From: Chara braunii
Taxonomy: Eukaryota > Plantae > Charophyceae
Assembly (NCBI GenBank): GCA_003427395.1
Contig: BFEA01000009.1
Location: 3,652,863-3,716,862, forward strand
DNA: 64,000 bases
Direction: 5' to 3'
Made by a program: the position numbers and the translations under genes. Below are positions 25,173 to 37,790 of this stretch, one piece after another; position 1 is the first letter of the stretch; each line of letters starts with the position of its first letter. Below the pieces are notes generated by a model, which saw nothing but the letters and a program-made list of their open reading frames with translations, did no database searches and was not told where the DNA came from.

Positions 25173-27200
25173 CTAGCTTTCCAACTGAGATGATCTCACA
25201 GTCTCTAGGACAACCCTGCGCTCAAGCCTATCTCTGTCCGTCGCATCTGCAGGTGGCTCATACTCCCAAAGTACCCTCTGGATCTGGGCCCTCCAATCAC
25301 TCGCCTCTCTCTCTTGAATCCTGAGGACCGCCTCGGCCTCCTCTAGAGTTTGGGCCTCCCTTCCCTCAACAATCGTACGGAGGTCACTCACCACCTCTCT
25401 CAGTGCATCGTGCTCTGTCTGCCTAACGCGACTCAACTCAAAGGATCAGATGGCAACTCTCCTCGTGTAATCTCTCACCTGCTTTGTCGCCTCTCGCGCT
25501 GCTGTGAGGCCACTACCAATATTGGTCCTCTGTAGGGTCAGGTCGTCATACAATACTCTAAGCCCACCAGTGGGCCGATCCTCCGACAAGTGAGGTCTTG
25601 TGGCCTGGCCTAGTCGCTCAAAAGCCAGCCAACCCGAAAAATGTAATGATGGCATCCGTCCCATCTCCTCGACTAGCCACGCTTCCCTCCTGACAGGCTC
25701 GTGATCTACCGGCCCCTGAGACTCCGGCAAGCTCTCCTGCTCATAAGTCATGGATGCATCCGGGGTACGCTTCGGGCCTGCCTCAACGTGACCCCTCATG
25801 CTGGCCTCACTCCGATCACCATCCCGTTGAGGAGTATTTCCAAAATCTAGAGGTGATGATCCCACTCGCTGGGTTTGTATGCCCTCTGTAGGATCCTCCC
25901 TATCTAGCCCCAAAACCTCGGCCTCAACCTGCTATGTCTCTATATCCATGACCGAAGACTGGGATACCTTTTGTTACATCTGGCTCCTAGGAGACTCCAC
26001 ATCATATAGCTGGGCAGTCAATGAACCCTCAGGCTCATTTGGCTGCTCAGCCAATCGACTCTCATTCATTAATGGCAACCCTTCCAATGCTAAAGGCCTC
26101 ATCTCACCTCTCTCACCATCCTCCATCCCTGGCTCTGGCTGAGGCTGGTCCTCCTGTCCATCATACCCTGGCTCACCGTGCATCGACGTTGTCTCTCGCG
26201 GCTGCTCTGGCTGAGGCCCCTCGTACTCCTGCATCGGCTCTATGGTGGCAGACCCTATCATAAGTTGTAGTTCCCCCTGTGGGAGATCTAATGCCATGTC
26301 CCGTGTGTCTCTCCACCGATAAGGCCTATCCCTCCTATCCTCCGATGCAGTATCGGAGACCACTCTCTCCGTGGTATCAATCTTCGTAGGTTGGCCGAAG
26401 TAGTCGTCAACACAAGCTGTAGGGAAGTCTCCTCCCCATCCTGTCTGAGCATAGGCTGAGTAGTCCCATCTGTCCCAGGCGCAATTCCAGGATCGCAGTC
26501 TCCAATCCCTATCTCATCCTGACATGCCTTTGGTATTGGCGATGTCCCAATCTCAAGGATAGATGAGTCACCTCGTCTCTAAGACCCTACTGGTAAGGCC
26601 TCCTTCCCCACATCATCTGTCGGGAGGGCCTTTCCAATATCATCAGTGAGCACCTGATCTCTCTCCTCTAGATCATCCCCTCGGTCCTGACGTCCTCGAC
26701 GCCTGCCTATCCTAGGCCTGCGTGGGATCCCTGGCTGCTCACTCTCTCTCTGCCTCTCTCGCGATCGCCTCTCATTACTCTCAACCCTCTCTAGTTGTGC
26801 CCGTTGACGTGTCCTGAGCTCTGGAATGTAGTCCCTAACCTCTCTGTGCAACCTGCGTCGCCTCCCTGTAGTGAATGCCCCTCTAAGTGTCACTAGAAGC
26901 TCCGCCCAAGTCTGCGTTGTGTATGATATGGTACTCACCTCACGTCTAAGCTCCGGGACAATCTAATGTCGAACCTGCCTAACCCTCTGTGCCTCAGTCC
27001 ATCTTTGCCCATCCCCAAAAATGATGAAAATCTCAAGGAACTCATCCAGGTTAGCCCTATCAAACCGCATGGGCCTACCTTGTCGATCAATCGGCTGAGG
27101 CCGCAATCTCAGCATCCGCCTAGCGAACTGCCTCCAATCCAATGACTCTCTCACGTCAAAAACACACTATATCATGTCCGTAATCACAAAAAGTGTCGTT
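25173..27200 (-). pseudogene. Degenerate gag-like region of a different Gypsy family
   Basis: RFDRANLDEFLE...RWTEAQRVRQVRH resembles element B gag TFNGANITKFL...RWSEEKKMDHLRQH; lies downstream of a PBS. Confidence 0.6.
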
Positions 27201-27267
27201 TTGCCTGGATCATCGTTTTGCACTAAGCCCAAGTCCGTTCACTATGGACCTCGGTAGGCAGCCGAGA

Positions 27268-27285
27268 TCCCCGGCAACGGCGTCA
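27268..27285 (-). other. Primer-binding site complementary to the tRNA-Asp 3' end
   Basis: Minus strand TGACGCCGTTGCCGGGGA versus canonical TGGCGCCGTTGCCGGGGA; 2 nt after the LTR end ...GCTAGACA. Confidence 0.85.
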
Positions 27286-27287
27286 CC

Positions 27288-27860
27288 TGTCTAGCGCACA
27301 GTCCCCGCTAGGGGGACCTTTCCGGCCACGTCACACAGGATTAACAGAACTCGCAAACCGCTTCATGAAAAGGGAAGTGGCAAAGCCGCTCCGGCCGAGT
27401 GCGCCAGATATACCTTCATCGAGTCCCTACGACAGAACAGGGTCTCGCGAGGTACAACTCACCTCCACCCGTGGGAGCTGTCACCATCCCTTGGGTGGGC
27501 GTATCCCCGTCGAGTTACTGAACCACACGCGGAAGCTTTTACATGCAATCATGGAGGTGGCCCAGCCGAGGAAATTCTCGTATGCTGTAGCATAGGGGGT
27601 ACGCGCGGTCCACGCCTAGCTTGGACCCGTACGCGAACCGTCACTCTGGGGTGCTGATCTCCCACGTGCGATTCAGCGTCAGTCGACTATGACATCCTAA
27701 CTCAATCACGCGATACGCAACAAAACAAACTAACTCAGCCAAACAAATAAGCATAGTCCCTTTTTCATACGTCCTAGATCAAGAGAGAAAACGAGAGTGA
27801 GTGGGGACTTGCCAAGGGATCAGGGACACCGAAGCGAGCTGCAACGGAGCCAATCATCTT
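27288..27860 (-). mobile_element. 3' part (R/U5) of a 5' LTR, truncated
   Basis: Ends CA before the PBS; homologous to 32650-33264 in the opposite orientation. Confidence 0.75.
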
Positions 27861-27975
27861 ATCCCGAGTATAATGTGTCTGCATTTTGACTGTATTGAGC
27901 CGAACTGTAGTTTGTATGGGTTCACATAGTTTTGTTATTTTTGTTATTTTTATTGCTTCCTGGCAGTGAAATAGG

Positions 27976-27977
<2 letters not shown>

Positions 27978-28065
<88 letters not shown>
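27978..28065. repeat. (GA)n microsatellite
   Basis: Direct observation. Confidence 0.95.
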
Positions 28066-28067
<2 letters not shown>

Positions 28068-29794
28068 GCTTACCTATTACAATGGCTGCCAACCATGATC
28101 TACAGGGAGAGGTTCGAGTGTGAGCATGTCCGCTGGGGTCAAGCGACAATAAACTGTGACTAAGCAGGGAAAGGCCTGAGGAGATTCAAACGGGGAAACT
28201 CAGTAATAGTAACTTGCGACTGTTCGACGAGGTTTGACAAGGAGGAGATGCTTACCTCGTTTACGTGATAAGGAGAACAACCACGTAACAGCCTGAGAGT
28301 GCTTAGGACTCACGACGTCGAAGGACTCGAGAAGCAAGGCCCCACTTGTGCGAAGACGGATTGTCCACCGACAATCCGTTGTAAGAAGCTTGAGGGTGAG
28401 CATGCTGGCCCGAGATCAGAAGACAGTGGACTAAGCAAAGCAAGATCGGAGTTTTTTCAGCAACACCAACATTCTAGACGACACTGCAATTGCAATTTTG
28501 CCTTGTCTAAAACTGCTATAGCCACTATTCTTCTGCTGTTGTGGAAGCAGACCACTACCATTACAGTTGGTCAAACACAGCTATTATTGCATGGGTGTAC
28601 TTGAGTTGTTGCTGAAATCTCCAAGTGCGCTGGGCTGAAAGAGGGGGGGGCATTCGTGTCGATTGCTGGTTGCCACAGGCCTACTGCTGCTGATTAACCT
28701 TCCTAACCGATACGGGTGGTTACAAGAGCGGGTTGTTCCCAAAACTACGGATTGCCACATCGGCAAAGCTTTGCAGTCGAGTTCCGGTAATTGCAGCAAC
28801 TATAGTCACGAGTCCGGGTTGTTATTGAGGGAACTGTTGCTGTCACAAAGGGTCGGGGCTGTCGATCTGCAGTATTACGGCGCCCTGCAGCACCACTGAG
28901 TTTTCTTGTTGTTTGCGTATCTGCAGTCTTACTGGCGTTACTATTGTTAAGCCTTTGCCGGGTTATTTCTGCGACGTCATGGACACCGTGTATTGTTAAA
29001 AACACAACATTGTGACTTACTGTTTCTGGTGAGCATCACACTGTGCATATCTATTGCGCTATTGTTATGGATGATTACGGAGTATATCACGTTTTCTGCG
29101 GAGTTTGCTGCATTTTTGCTTTAAGCACGGGACTGGGCTCTATTCAAACGCAACAATTTTTAGGCTACGTAGTCGTGTCCTAGTCAGAGGTTGGAGTGAG
29201 ACGATTTGGGAGTGTGATCGGGCATTTACGGACCGGTTACTGCTGCGACTTGAGAGACTGTCAGGAGGTTGCTATTTGCATTTTGGGCGTGATTCAGCCG
29301 ACTTCACTGCATTCTTTTGGCCATCATTGCGGGGCCCTCAGGCGATTGAAGATTACAAGGCCCTCTCACATGAATTGAGTTGACCCTCTCTTGGATCTCG
29401 AGCATCTGACTTATCTTCTTCTGCCTTTCTTACTCTAAGTCTAGTCTAAGGTTACGAGAGGAAGGCGGCAGGCGGGATTGCAACCCATAGGACTGCAACA
29501 AGACCTTGTGGGAGGTCCACGCACCAATTGTGGGAGCTCTGCCGAAGGGCAGGCGGGGTTCTGGAGGCAGATAACACTCAGGTATAATGCTCGTTTTATG
29601 CGTGTGATCCTATCCCCTAAACTGTACTACTCTCTATATACGTGAATGAAAGTATGAATGTGAAAGCTATTACTTTTGACCACTTTTATTTCAGGATACA
29701 ATCTGAAAAGGTTAAATTAACAAGTGTATATGAAAAATTCAAATTACTTAAGTGAATTCAAACAAAATGAAAATGTGACCCTATTCGTTGTTGT

Positions 29795-31050
29795 ATTGCG
29801 GAGGTTGGGTGAACGCATAAGTTGCGGGCTATTCGGTCACACGCAATTGTAGCTTGTCTAGGCGGGGCTAGACTCCTCATAAGTTGAGTAACTTAGTTCT
29901 ACAACTTCTACGCTATATGTCATTGTATGGGCTGACTAGCCACACCATAAGTTGGTGTTGTCTAGTTATATGTCTTTCGTCATTTGTTCAGACAAAGGCT
30001 AGACCCCTCATAAGTTGAGGTCGTTTGTGTATGCCAAATGTTCAAGCTGATCAACCTCACCATAAGTTGGTGCAGCCCAGTTATACACCTTATGTCCATT
30101 GTCTAGGAAGAAACTGACCACACCAAAAGTTTGTGTGGATCAGTCCTATGCCTTATGTTTATTTGTTTTGGCAGGCTAGTCACACCATAGGTTGGTGTGA
30201 CCAAGTCATGAGCCGCGAACATAACTGGAACCTGAGTATACAATATGATATAATTATATATATATTAAGTATATCATTGGTAGGTTAGGCATCATAAGTT
30301 GGGAGATCTACCCATATAAGCTGGTAGCGGATAAAGCAGAGGAGAAAATAAGATTAAAAGTATAAAATTGAGTGGTAACTTTGGGCAGGTTGACTCATCC
30401 ATAAGTTTGGTAGTTGGTCCTATGCCCCTGATAATACAAAGGGCATAGAGATAATATAAAGTTTGGCTATTTTTCTTTCTAAACATAAGTTGATGTTTGG
30501 ATAGAGGATCCTCATATAGTGAGGTGACCTGACTACTCGTCTGAAGACAGAAAGAACGTGTGATCTTACTTATTGAATGCAGTTGTGTTGCGGAGGCTGG
30601 GCGAACGCATAAGTTGCGGGTTATTCGGTCACACGCACATGTTGCTTGTTTAGGCGGGCTAGACTACTCATAAGTTGAGTAGCCTAGTTTTACGCTATAT
30701 GGCATCGTGTGGGCTGGCTAGGCACATCATAACTTGGGGTGTCCTGGTCATATGCCTTTCATCGTTTGTTCAGGCAAAGGCTGGACCCCGCATAAGTTGA
30801 GGTGACTCAGTTATTTGTGTATGCCGAAAGTTCAGGTTGACCAGCCTCACCATAAGTAGGTGCAGACCGGTCATATGCCTTATGTCGATCATCTAGGTAG
30901 AAACTGGTCACACCATAAGTTGGTGTGGTTTTGTTTTATGCCTTACGTATACTTGTTTTACCAGGTTAGGGCACCATAAGTTGGTGTGACCTAGTCATAT
31001 AAACTGGCAGGTCAGTCACATTCATAAGTTGGGTTGGATGATCCTATGTC
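29795..31050 (+). repeat. Array of ~18 stem-loops with a conserved ATAAGTT loop, ~60-65-nt period, including a ~790-bp higher-order duplication
   Basis: CATAAGTTG core flanked by inverted repeats in each unit; 29790-30230 is paralogous to 30585-31000. Confidence 0.85.
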
Positions 31051-32646
31051 TTATGTAAGGAAGGGTAAAAAAGGAATAACGAGGGTTTTTGAACGAACTA
31101 CGTGACCTGGAAAGGAACTTGAGGGTTCGCGAGAGATGTTGTTGCACTCACCTATGTATGTTTTTGAGGTTAATCTCTGGGGTATTCTTTTGGATAGCTT
31201 AGTCACTTTTAACGCTCGCTGAGTGTTGGAGCTATAGGTAGGTGAAATGGATGATGGGAGAAAAACTTGGGATACGATAAGAGTGATCTTACTAGAAGTT
31301 AGGACTAAAATAGCTCACGATATCACCTTCAAAGGAGGATCGTGTAATTTATCTCCAGTTCTAATTATCAAGTGAATGTCGGAAGTCATTCTCAAGTATA
31401 GTTGTACCTTATCTTTGCATTTTCAGCTTTGTATAAATCTTGGCAGTCTCCTTTTCCGACGGGAAGCGCTGCCGAACTGTTTACAAATTTGAAAGAGTTA
31501 GCAATTTTTGGACATCTGAAAATCCTGAAAAGACACTTTTTCTACGGAAAGCGCTGCCGAAGTTTTGTAGAATTTGAGGAGTTCGATTATTTTATGCTAG
31601 GAAGAATTTGACAAACTACCCGGACTGAGGGAGATGCTGCCAAAATTTTCAGTAATTTTTGGAACTCATTAGAAAAAGGTGAGGAGAAGTTAGTAGAGGA
31701 GTTAGGCTTATGACATGGAGCATGTTCTCCTACTACATAAGATTGGTCCATTTTGGCCTGGACTGTGATGCAGGTCTACAAACTCGATTGAAGGTTTGAT
31801 TCGTCCGGCCTAATCCTACGAAGGATCGCTTTACTGTTATATTTTGATAACAGGTCGGTTTACGACACAACTTCCCTGCTTCTGCATCTCAACCTAAGGC
31901 CTTGACTCTTGTGGGTTTTTATGTTTGTTGAAGTTTTTACCTTGATTTCTTTTTAAGTGGCCATTTCTAAAGACTGAGTACCTCTATTGAGGGATGGTGG
32001 AAATTGGTTGGGGTTTGTATGCATAAGGTAGGGTGTGAGTCGCTTTGTGATAGTCTAAATATTGTGTGAATGCGGATGGACAAGCCGCACAACTGTTGTG
32101 AAAGTGATCATCTAATAACACACAAACTTCTGCTTGACTGTTTGAACTATCTTTGCTTAACATAACTATAATGGCTGAAGGGAATCCTGCAGTGGTTGTG
32201 AAAAGTGATAGCTTCATATTTCATAACCCCTCATGTATGTATATGTATACATTCCTACTTACATATACATTTAATACCTGTACAGTCTGCTGTGACCGCA
32301 TGCGAGGTTTAAACAAAGTATGTCTTGAGAGAAAATGAAGATCCCCTTTACATTTTGCTTTTTAGAGTTATTATAGTTGGATGTTATAGTCTGTGGCAAC
32401 CGTCAAAGTCAAACCTCTTGATTTTTTTCCAGGCCTTGGATGATGGAGCTTGCCTCCTAGGCCACGAGAGTCGACTGCCACCACAGGCCGCAGCCTGTGT
32501 ACCACCCACTCTCCGCAGGATGCAGAAGAGGGTGTGGTGATCAACCGCCGTGGCGGTTGTCTAGCGTGAGAGATTAACCCCTCAAGGCGCGTGTCATCCG
32601 ACACTTGAGAGTCGAAACGTGACCCCCGAGATTATCGAGGGTCACA

Positions 32647-33264
32647 TGATTTTGGGTACCACATAGTACTCCATCGTTGCGGCTGTGTGTGTATGCTTGC
32701 ATTGCTGGTCGATATGAGAAAGGCTTAGCGCCCACGCGGTTTTGTCTTGAGTCTCGCGAGCGACTATGTTAAAAGGTTTTGGGTCGGACACTGAAGGGAT
32801 TAAGAGAGTTTTGTCTTTATGTCTGTATTGTAATTTTATTGAGATGTAACGCGTGGTGAGTGGATTGTCTCATAGTCGATCGACGATAAGTCGTGTTTGG
32901 GACCTAAGCCTCCCAATGCGTCGATTCACGTGTGGGTTCGATTGAGGGGCGTTGACCGCGCGTACCCCCTATGCTACAGCGAACGAGAAACTTCCTCAAC
33001 CGGGCCACCTCTACGATTGCATACGAAAAGCTTTTGCATGTGGTTCGGTAGCTCGGTGGGGTTACGCCCACCCAAGGTCTGGTGACAGCTCCCGCAGGTG
33101 GAGGTAAGTTGTACTTTGCGTAACCCTATCCTGTCGTAGGGGTTCGCGAGAGATATGGCTGACGCACTTGGCCGGAGCGACAAAAACGCTCTATGACGAA
33201 GTCCTGCAAAAATCCTGCATGGCGCGACCAGGAGGGTCCCCCTGAGGCACCGATGCGCTCGACA
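32647..33264 (+). mobile_element. LTR 3' fragment of the same family as 27288-27860
   Basis: Long colinear DNA similarity; ends GCGCTCGACA versus GCGCTAGACA. Confidence 0.75.
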
Positions 33265-34883
33265 TCGCCGTCCGTCGAGGTACCGTCTGCCTCACATCAG
33301 ACCGCCGCATCTAGTCCTTTCCCTCTGAAACTTCCGACTTGTCGTGCCATTCCCACAACTCGTTGTACTGCTCAGCTGGCGGCTGGAGATGACGTTGTGT
33401 CATCTCTCCTAGATTTAAGCATTCTTCAGGCTCGTCAGGAGCAACTTACAAGACACGTAAACGTCTTGCGTCGTCTTCTCGCTATGCTCTCTGACCCTGA
33501 TCGCACCCTCTCCATCATTCCTATTCGCCTAGGGACATCTATGAGGGTGTATCGACCTTTATGGGACTTCGACTTACAGGGAGATTTTGTTCACCCTCGC
33601 GTGGTTGAAGAAGCTCACCTAGCTACCTCTGGGTCTCGCTCTCCTATCTCCCTCAGGATGTCAACGTTTTGCGGCTCTGCTTCGACATCCACTAGACTCC
33701 TACTTCATCGATGTCATCGACCACTTCAACGACTTCAGCTACCTTCTCAACTTCAACCATCTTATCAGCTTCATCTACTTTGAACGTGACTACTTCACGC
33801 CACCACCCTACCCTGTACATTCCCTTGCATCTGTCGCATGATGGTTCTCACTTAGCTGAGTCTCTTTGAGTTGGGCTCTCCCTTGGTATTGCGTAGGCAT
33901 TAGGACCGTAGCGTTATCTTGGCTTCCCTGCTCCCAGATCTAGCTCCCTCCCCCAGTTGGTGAGTTGTGTGCACGTTTCCCTCACCTACTGCCCTCATCA
34001 CCCTAGTGTCGGCTCTTGCATGCCTTCAGTTAAGTATATTTCCACCCTATTGCAGGCTCCCCTTTTCATGGTCGACCCTGCATGGTGCCACCCTTTTGTC
34101 GAGCATTACTTGCCTTGATGGTCTATCTGTTAGGTTCATTGGTTTTGTTTCGCTACCATTCCCTCACCTTGAGCCCGATGACCTATCCCACCTTCGTGTA
34201 TGACTGCCCTTAGGAGTTTCGATTCTAAGGTTGCGACACGATATTACCTTGTGACATATTGCTATTTTTTCCTTTCGGCTCTGAGGCAATTGTCTCCAGG
34301 ACTTTAGGATTGTCCCATGCTACATTTCATTTTTCTGCTATTAGTTAGGATGTGGATATCAAATATTTCCTTTTCTTTATGACATTATGTAGCTTAGGCT
34401 GCATCGCATGGACTCCGCAATGTCCGCATGGAGCTTGCTCCGCATCCTAGATTTCTCAGCTTTTCTTGTTGCAAAGTTCCGCTGCTTTTGCGGATAGCGT
34501 GTCTATGGCTCGTGCGATTCACTACAGGTCTGAGGATCGTGCAGCGGGCCTACAGCCAGGGCCTATTCGGCTATTTGCCTGTTCGGCCTGTGGGACCAAG
34601 ACGTGACGTGGCCCCACAGGCCGTGTGCTGTTTCAGTCCAATCCAGTCCCGCCCAGTACCGCTGTCGGTACCAGGCCAGTCCAATCCAGTGCAGTCAGTC
34701 CGCTGGGGTATACCCCAGCTGCAGTCTGTATTCTGGTTCATTCTGCATTTGCACACTTCGGAGTACGTGCGTGTTGAGTCTGCGTCGGAGATGCGCTGTC
34801 CCTTCCAACTCCATCTCCATCTCCTCCTTCCTCAACCCTCTGTGCTGATCCTGACGGACCGCCATCCCGACGGGTCCGTCACA
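33265..34883 (+). mobile_element. Internally deleted remnant of an element-D-related chromovirus: protease fragment, 3' UTR and 3' LTR (34540-34883)
   Basis: SSLLDLSILQARQE...QGDFVHPRVV matches 50407-50670; 33800-34540 matches 54590-55528; LTR TGCAGCGGGCC...GGTCCGTCACA. Confidence 0.85.
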
Positions 34884-37790
34884 ATGAGAGTGAATCTCCC
34901 GCTAGAACATGGAATGGTGAGTCAATGTATCGAGATGTATAGGCAGCATCATGTGTGTATATAGAAGAGAGAACGGGGTAAGCTGGACAAGCACCCCCCC
35001 AAGGTCCGAACCAAGCTCGAACCCGTGACCCTGTAACATGTAATCGTATGACTCTACCATGTGAACGACTAGTGGAAATGGCACGAACGTGTGATATGTC
35101 AAACTAGGGAGATCAACAGAACACCCAAGACCAACAACCCCAAGCAACGAATGTGAAACCCAGAACCAACATACAACACCATGAACAACCCTTGGGTGGT
35201 GCGCAGGCAGTGTCTGTAATAGTACCATGCGTCAGCCCAAGGGAGTGTATGTCCAGCCGTGCGTCAATCTAACGCCCTGCCGGTGTCTGTGCCCAAGGTT
35301 GCAATTGAGTTTTGAACCCGCAACCTCATACCACAATGCGCATTTCCAACCGGTGCTCTAGCCACTGAGCCACATCATATACATAGCTTGCGAACTATAC
35401 ATGGCCTACGGGCTACATACACAAGTTTCCACACATAGTGCTGTCTGTACATCGTGATACATAGATACATGGAGCATACACAGCCTTCGGGTATACACAT
35501 ACATTGCGAACTACACAAGTATCAGACTGGGGGGGTCTAGTCACTGGGTGGGGTCTAGTATCTGCAGTAGGGACAGGTATGGGCCACCGGAGTTCCTACT
35601 GATATTCGGATAGAACTGTCTAGTGGCTATATATAAGGCTTAGACCCTGGGGTAAGGGTAGGGGTATAAGTCGCTCAGGCCAGTCCGAGTTCCGCCTGCC
35701 TTGGGTAAGCTAGGGGAAGGACGGTAAGACTGCTTCAATGGGTGCTACCCTGTCTGAAACCTAGGGCCCAGAGTCTCTTGGGGCCTGTAGTAGATTGTCT
35801 GGGCCTGGCGTCCGAATTTCCCGTTCGACACCAGGGATGGGCAACCTATGAGCCCTGGTGCCTATCACTGCTGTTCGGTCCAAGTTACCTGCCCATTGGC
35901 AGGGTAATGGTCCTGAGTGCTGGTCACACTGAGGTAGGATAGTGTGATAGGGGGTGCGCTAGGAGTATTGACATGAGGATGGGATGGGAGGTGTCTCATA
36001 TTCCAGGACACCCACGGCCTACTGCTCCAGGTGATCATTGTGTACTCAGTGACTGGCCTCTACAACACCATGGACTTTTGAAGAATTAAAAAAGAAGAAG
36101 AAGAAAAAAAAGAACACGGAATGGCGACATATTTTTGTCTTTTCTGCATCTGGTGAGTAGTGGAGCGAGGCTCATTGCATGCTGTGATGGTGCAGCCCTG
36201 TGGTCACAGGTGCTTTTAACAACCAAGCATATTCTTTAGTTGATGGACGGTTTTGGCCGCCCCTAAATTTCTGAACACTAGCTGGCACGGGCCTACCAGG
36301 GGTCCCCAGCCTTTTTGGCCGGGTAGGACAAACCTTCCCTTGGCACTGGGTTAACCATCGGGTGTGCACCATGGTACTCGTGGTTTAATTGCCTGTACTG
36401 CTGGGTTAACCATCGGGTAGCTCGTCATCGTACTGGTGGTTTAATTGCCTGTACCATAACGTGAAAACAGCCAGTCACAGCCCTCACTCATCACAGTTTT
36501 TATCAGATCCCCAGAACATCTCCATCTAACCCTTCCATCCCTGGATCACAAGCCCATTTTGTTATTTTACTGTTCCATCGTCAACCATGATATATATTAC
36601 TATACTAGCCAATCCATCCCACAAACCCCTTAAAGTACCTTGACCCCACCTTCAGCCAGTAGGTGACGGTGCTGCAGACTGGTAGGTTCACCATGTGGAA
36701 TGCATGCTGTACTTCCAGGCAGTATCTTGCAAGATGCAATAAATACAGATGAATGTAGATGAAAGGCCTTCCACGATTCAGGCCCCAAATTCGGATCTCA
36801 GGGTCAGAGGCCCTGGTCAAGAGAGGCCGAGTTTGTCAAATTCAGAAAAATCACGGCCGGGTACCTCAGCAGTCCAGTCCAACAGGTACCCAGCAAACAG
36901 TCACATCTTAAGGGCAAGAGTCACGTCTCATAATGAAAAGTCATATTGAAGAGTCACATCCCACGAGTAGAAGGGCAGTTCCACAGGCAAGAGTCGTGTC
37001 CCAGAGACAGGAGTCGCAGTCCACAGTCAAAAGTCATGTTCACAAGTGAAAAGTCATGACTCGAAGGCCCAAGCAGCAGCAGACCAATGGAAATTCGGGA
37101 AGGTTCCAGGCCTTGACATTCAGAAGCAGGCAGGCCGTGGGGATGTGGTACCGGAACCAGTCAGGACCCAAGAAACAGAGGCTGGCACGAGTTGAAGTGC
37201 AACGAAGACTACAAAAGGACTGGCCAGCCTCCCATTCGGGCAGATTTCTCATTCACAAGAAGTGCGGAAGTGTTGGTGCACTTGTGCACTGTAGTGAAGG
37301 GCAGAGCGCTGAAGCCAGAGTGCTGTGCTAAGGGAGAGAGAGAGAGAGAGAGAGAGGAAGTGTTAGTGCTGGCAGGGAGAAGGCAGCCATAGCCAGTGCA
37401 GAATGTTAGTAGTAGACTTCAGATAGTTAGTAGGCTTATCAGTGGGTGTATTCAGAGTAGATCCTTGAGTAGAAGTTAGTGAGTGTGCATGCAAGTAGGG
37501 AGAGAAGATACAGCGAGGACATAGCTAGAGAGGAGACCAGTAAGGAGAGGAGATACACAAGAGAGAAGAGCAGAGAGGAACGGATACTTACCTGAGAGTT
37601 TATCCTGGTTACTGGTTACCTTTGGTTTGCGCTGTTGAGCGCTGGTGACTTGAACTCTTATTGCTCTTGTAATAACTTGTTGGAATTCATAAGCTGCGTT
37701 ACCTGGTCTTAATCTCTCTGGTCTTCAGTGTGAACTTCGTGTGATCTCATATATGCATAAGGTGTGAATATGTGCACTCACTGGTGTTGA
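34884..37790 (+). mobile_element. Probable LTR-like non-coding repeat; boundaries approximate
   Basis: No coding signal; internal 55-bp and 20-bp repeats, a GA tract and a U5-like end. Confidence 0.35.
35297..35378 (-). other. tRNA-derived sequence with Pol III A and B boxes (not a canonical tRNA)
   Basis: Minus strand TGTGGCTCAGTGGCTAGAGCA...GAGGTTGCGGGTTCAAAACTC. Confidence 0.65.

Larger units (their letters stand above)
27900..32646 (+). mobile_element. Long non-coding LTR-like block; left boundary uncertain
   Basis: No credible ORFs; ends in a terminal hairpin GTGACCCC...GGGTCACA resembling the other LTR ends in this window. Confidence 0.45.

Noticed and set aside
29795-31050. CRISPR array (regularly spaced conserved motif with variable intervening sequence)
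   Set aside because: The conserved core is only ~9 nt, the intervening parts are mutually homologous, there are no cas genes, and the context is eukaryotic retroelement DNA
32940-33180. Group I or group II intron in the conserved LTR core
   Set aside because: No convincing P7 (R/S) pairing, GUGYG start or domain V could be identified
35297-35378. Functional tRNA gene
   Set aside because: Acceptor and anticodon arms do not form a canonical cloverleaf; reported only as tRNA-derived
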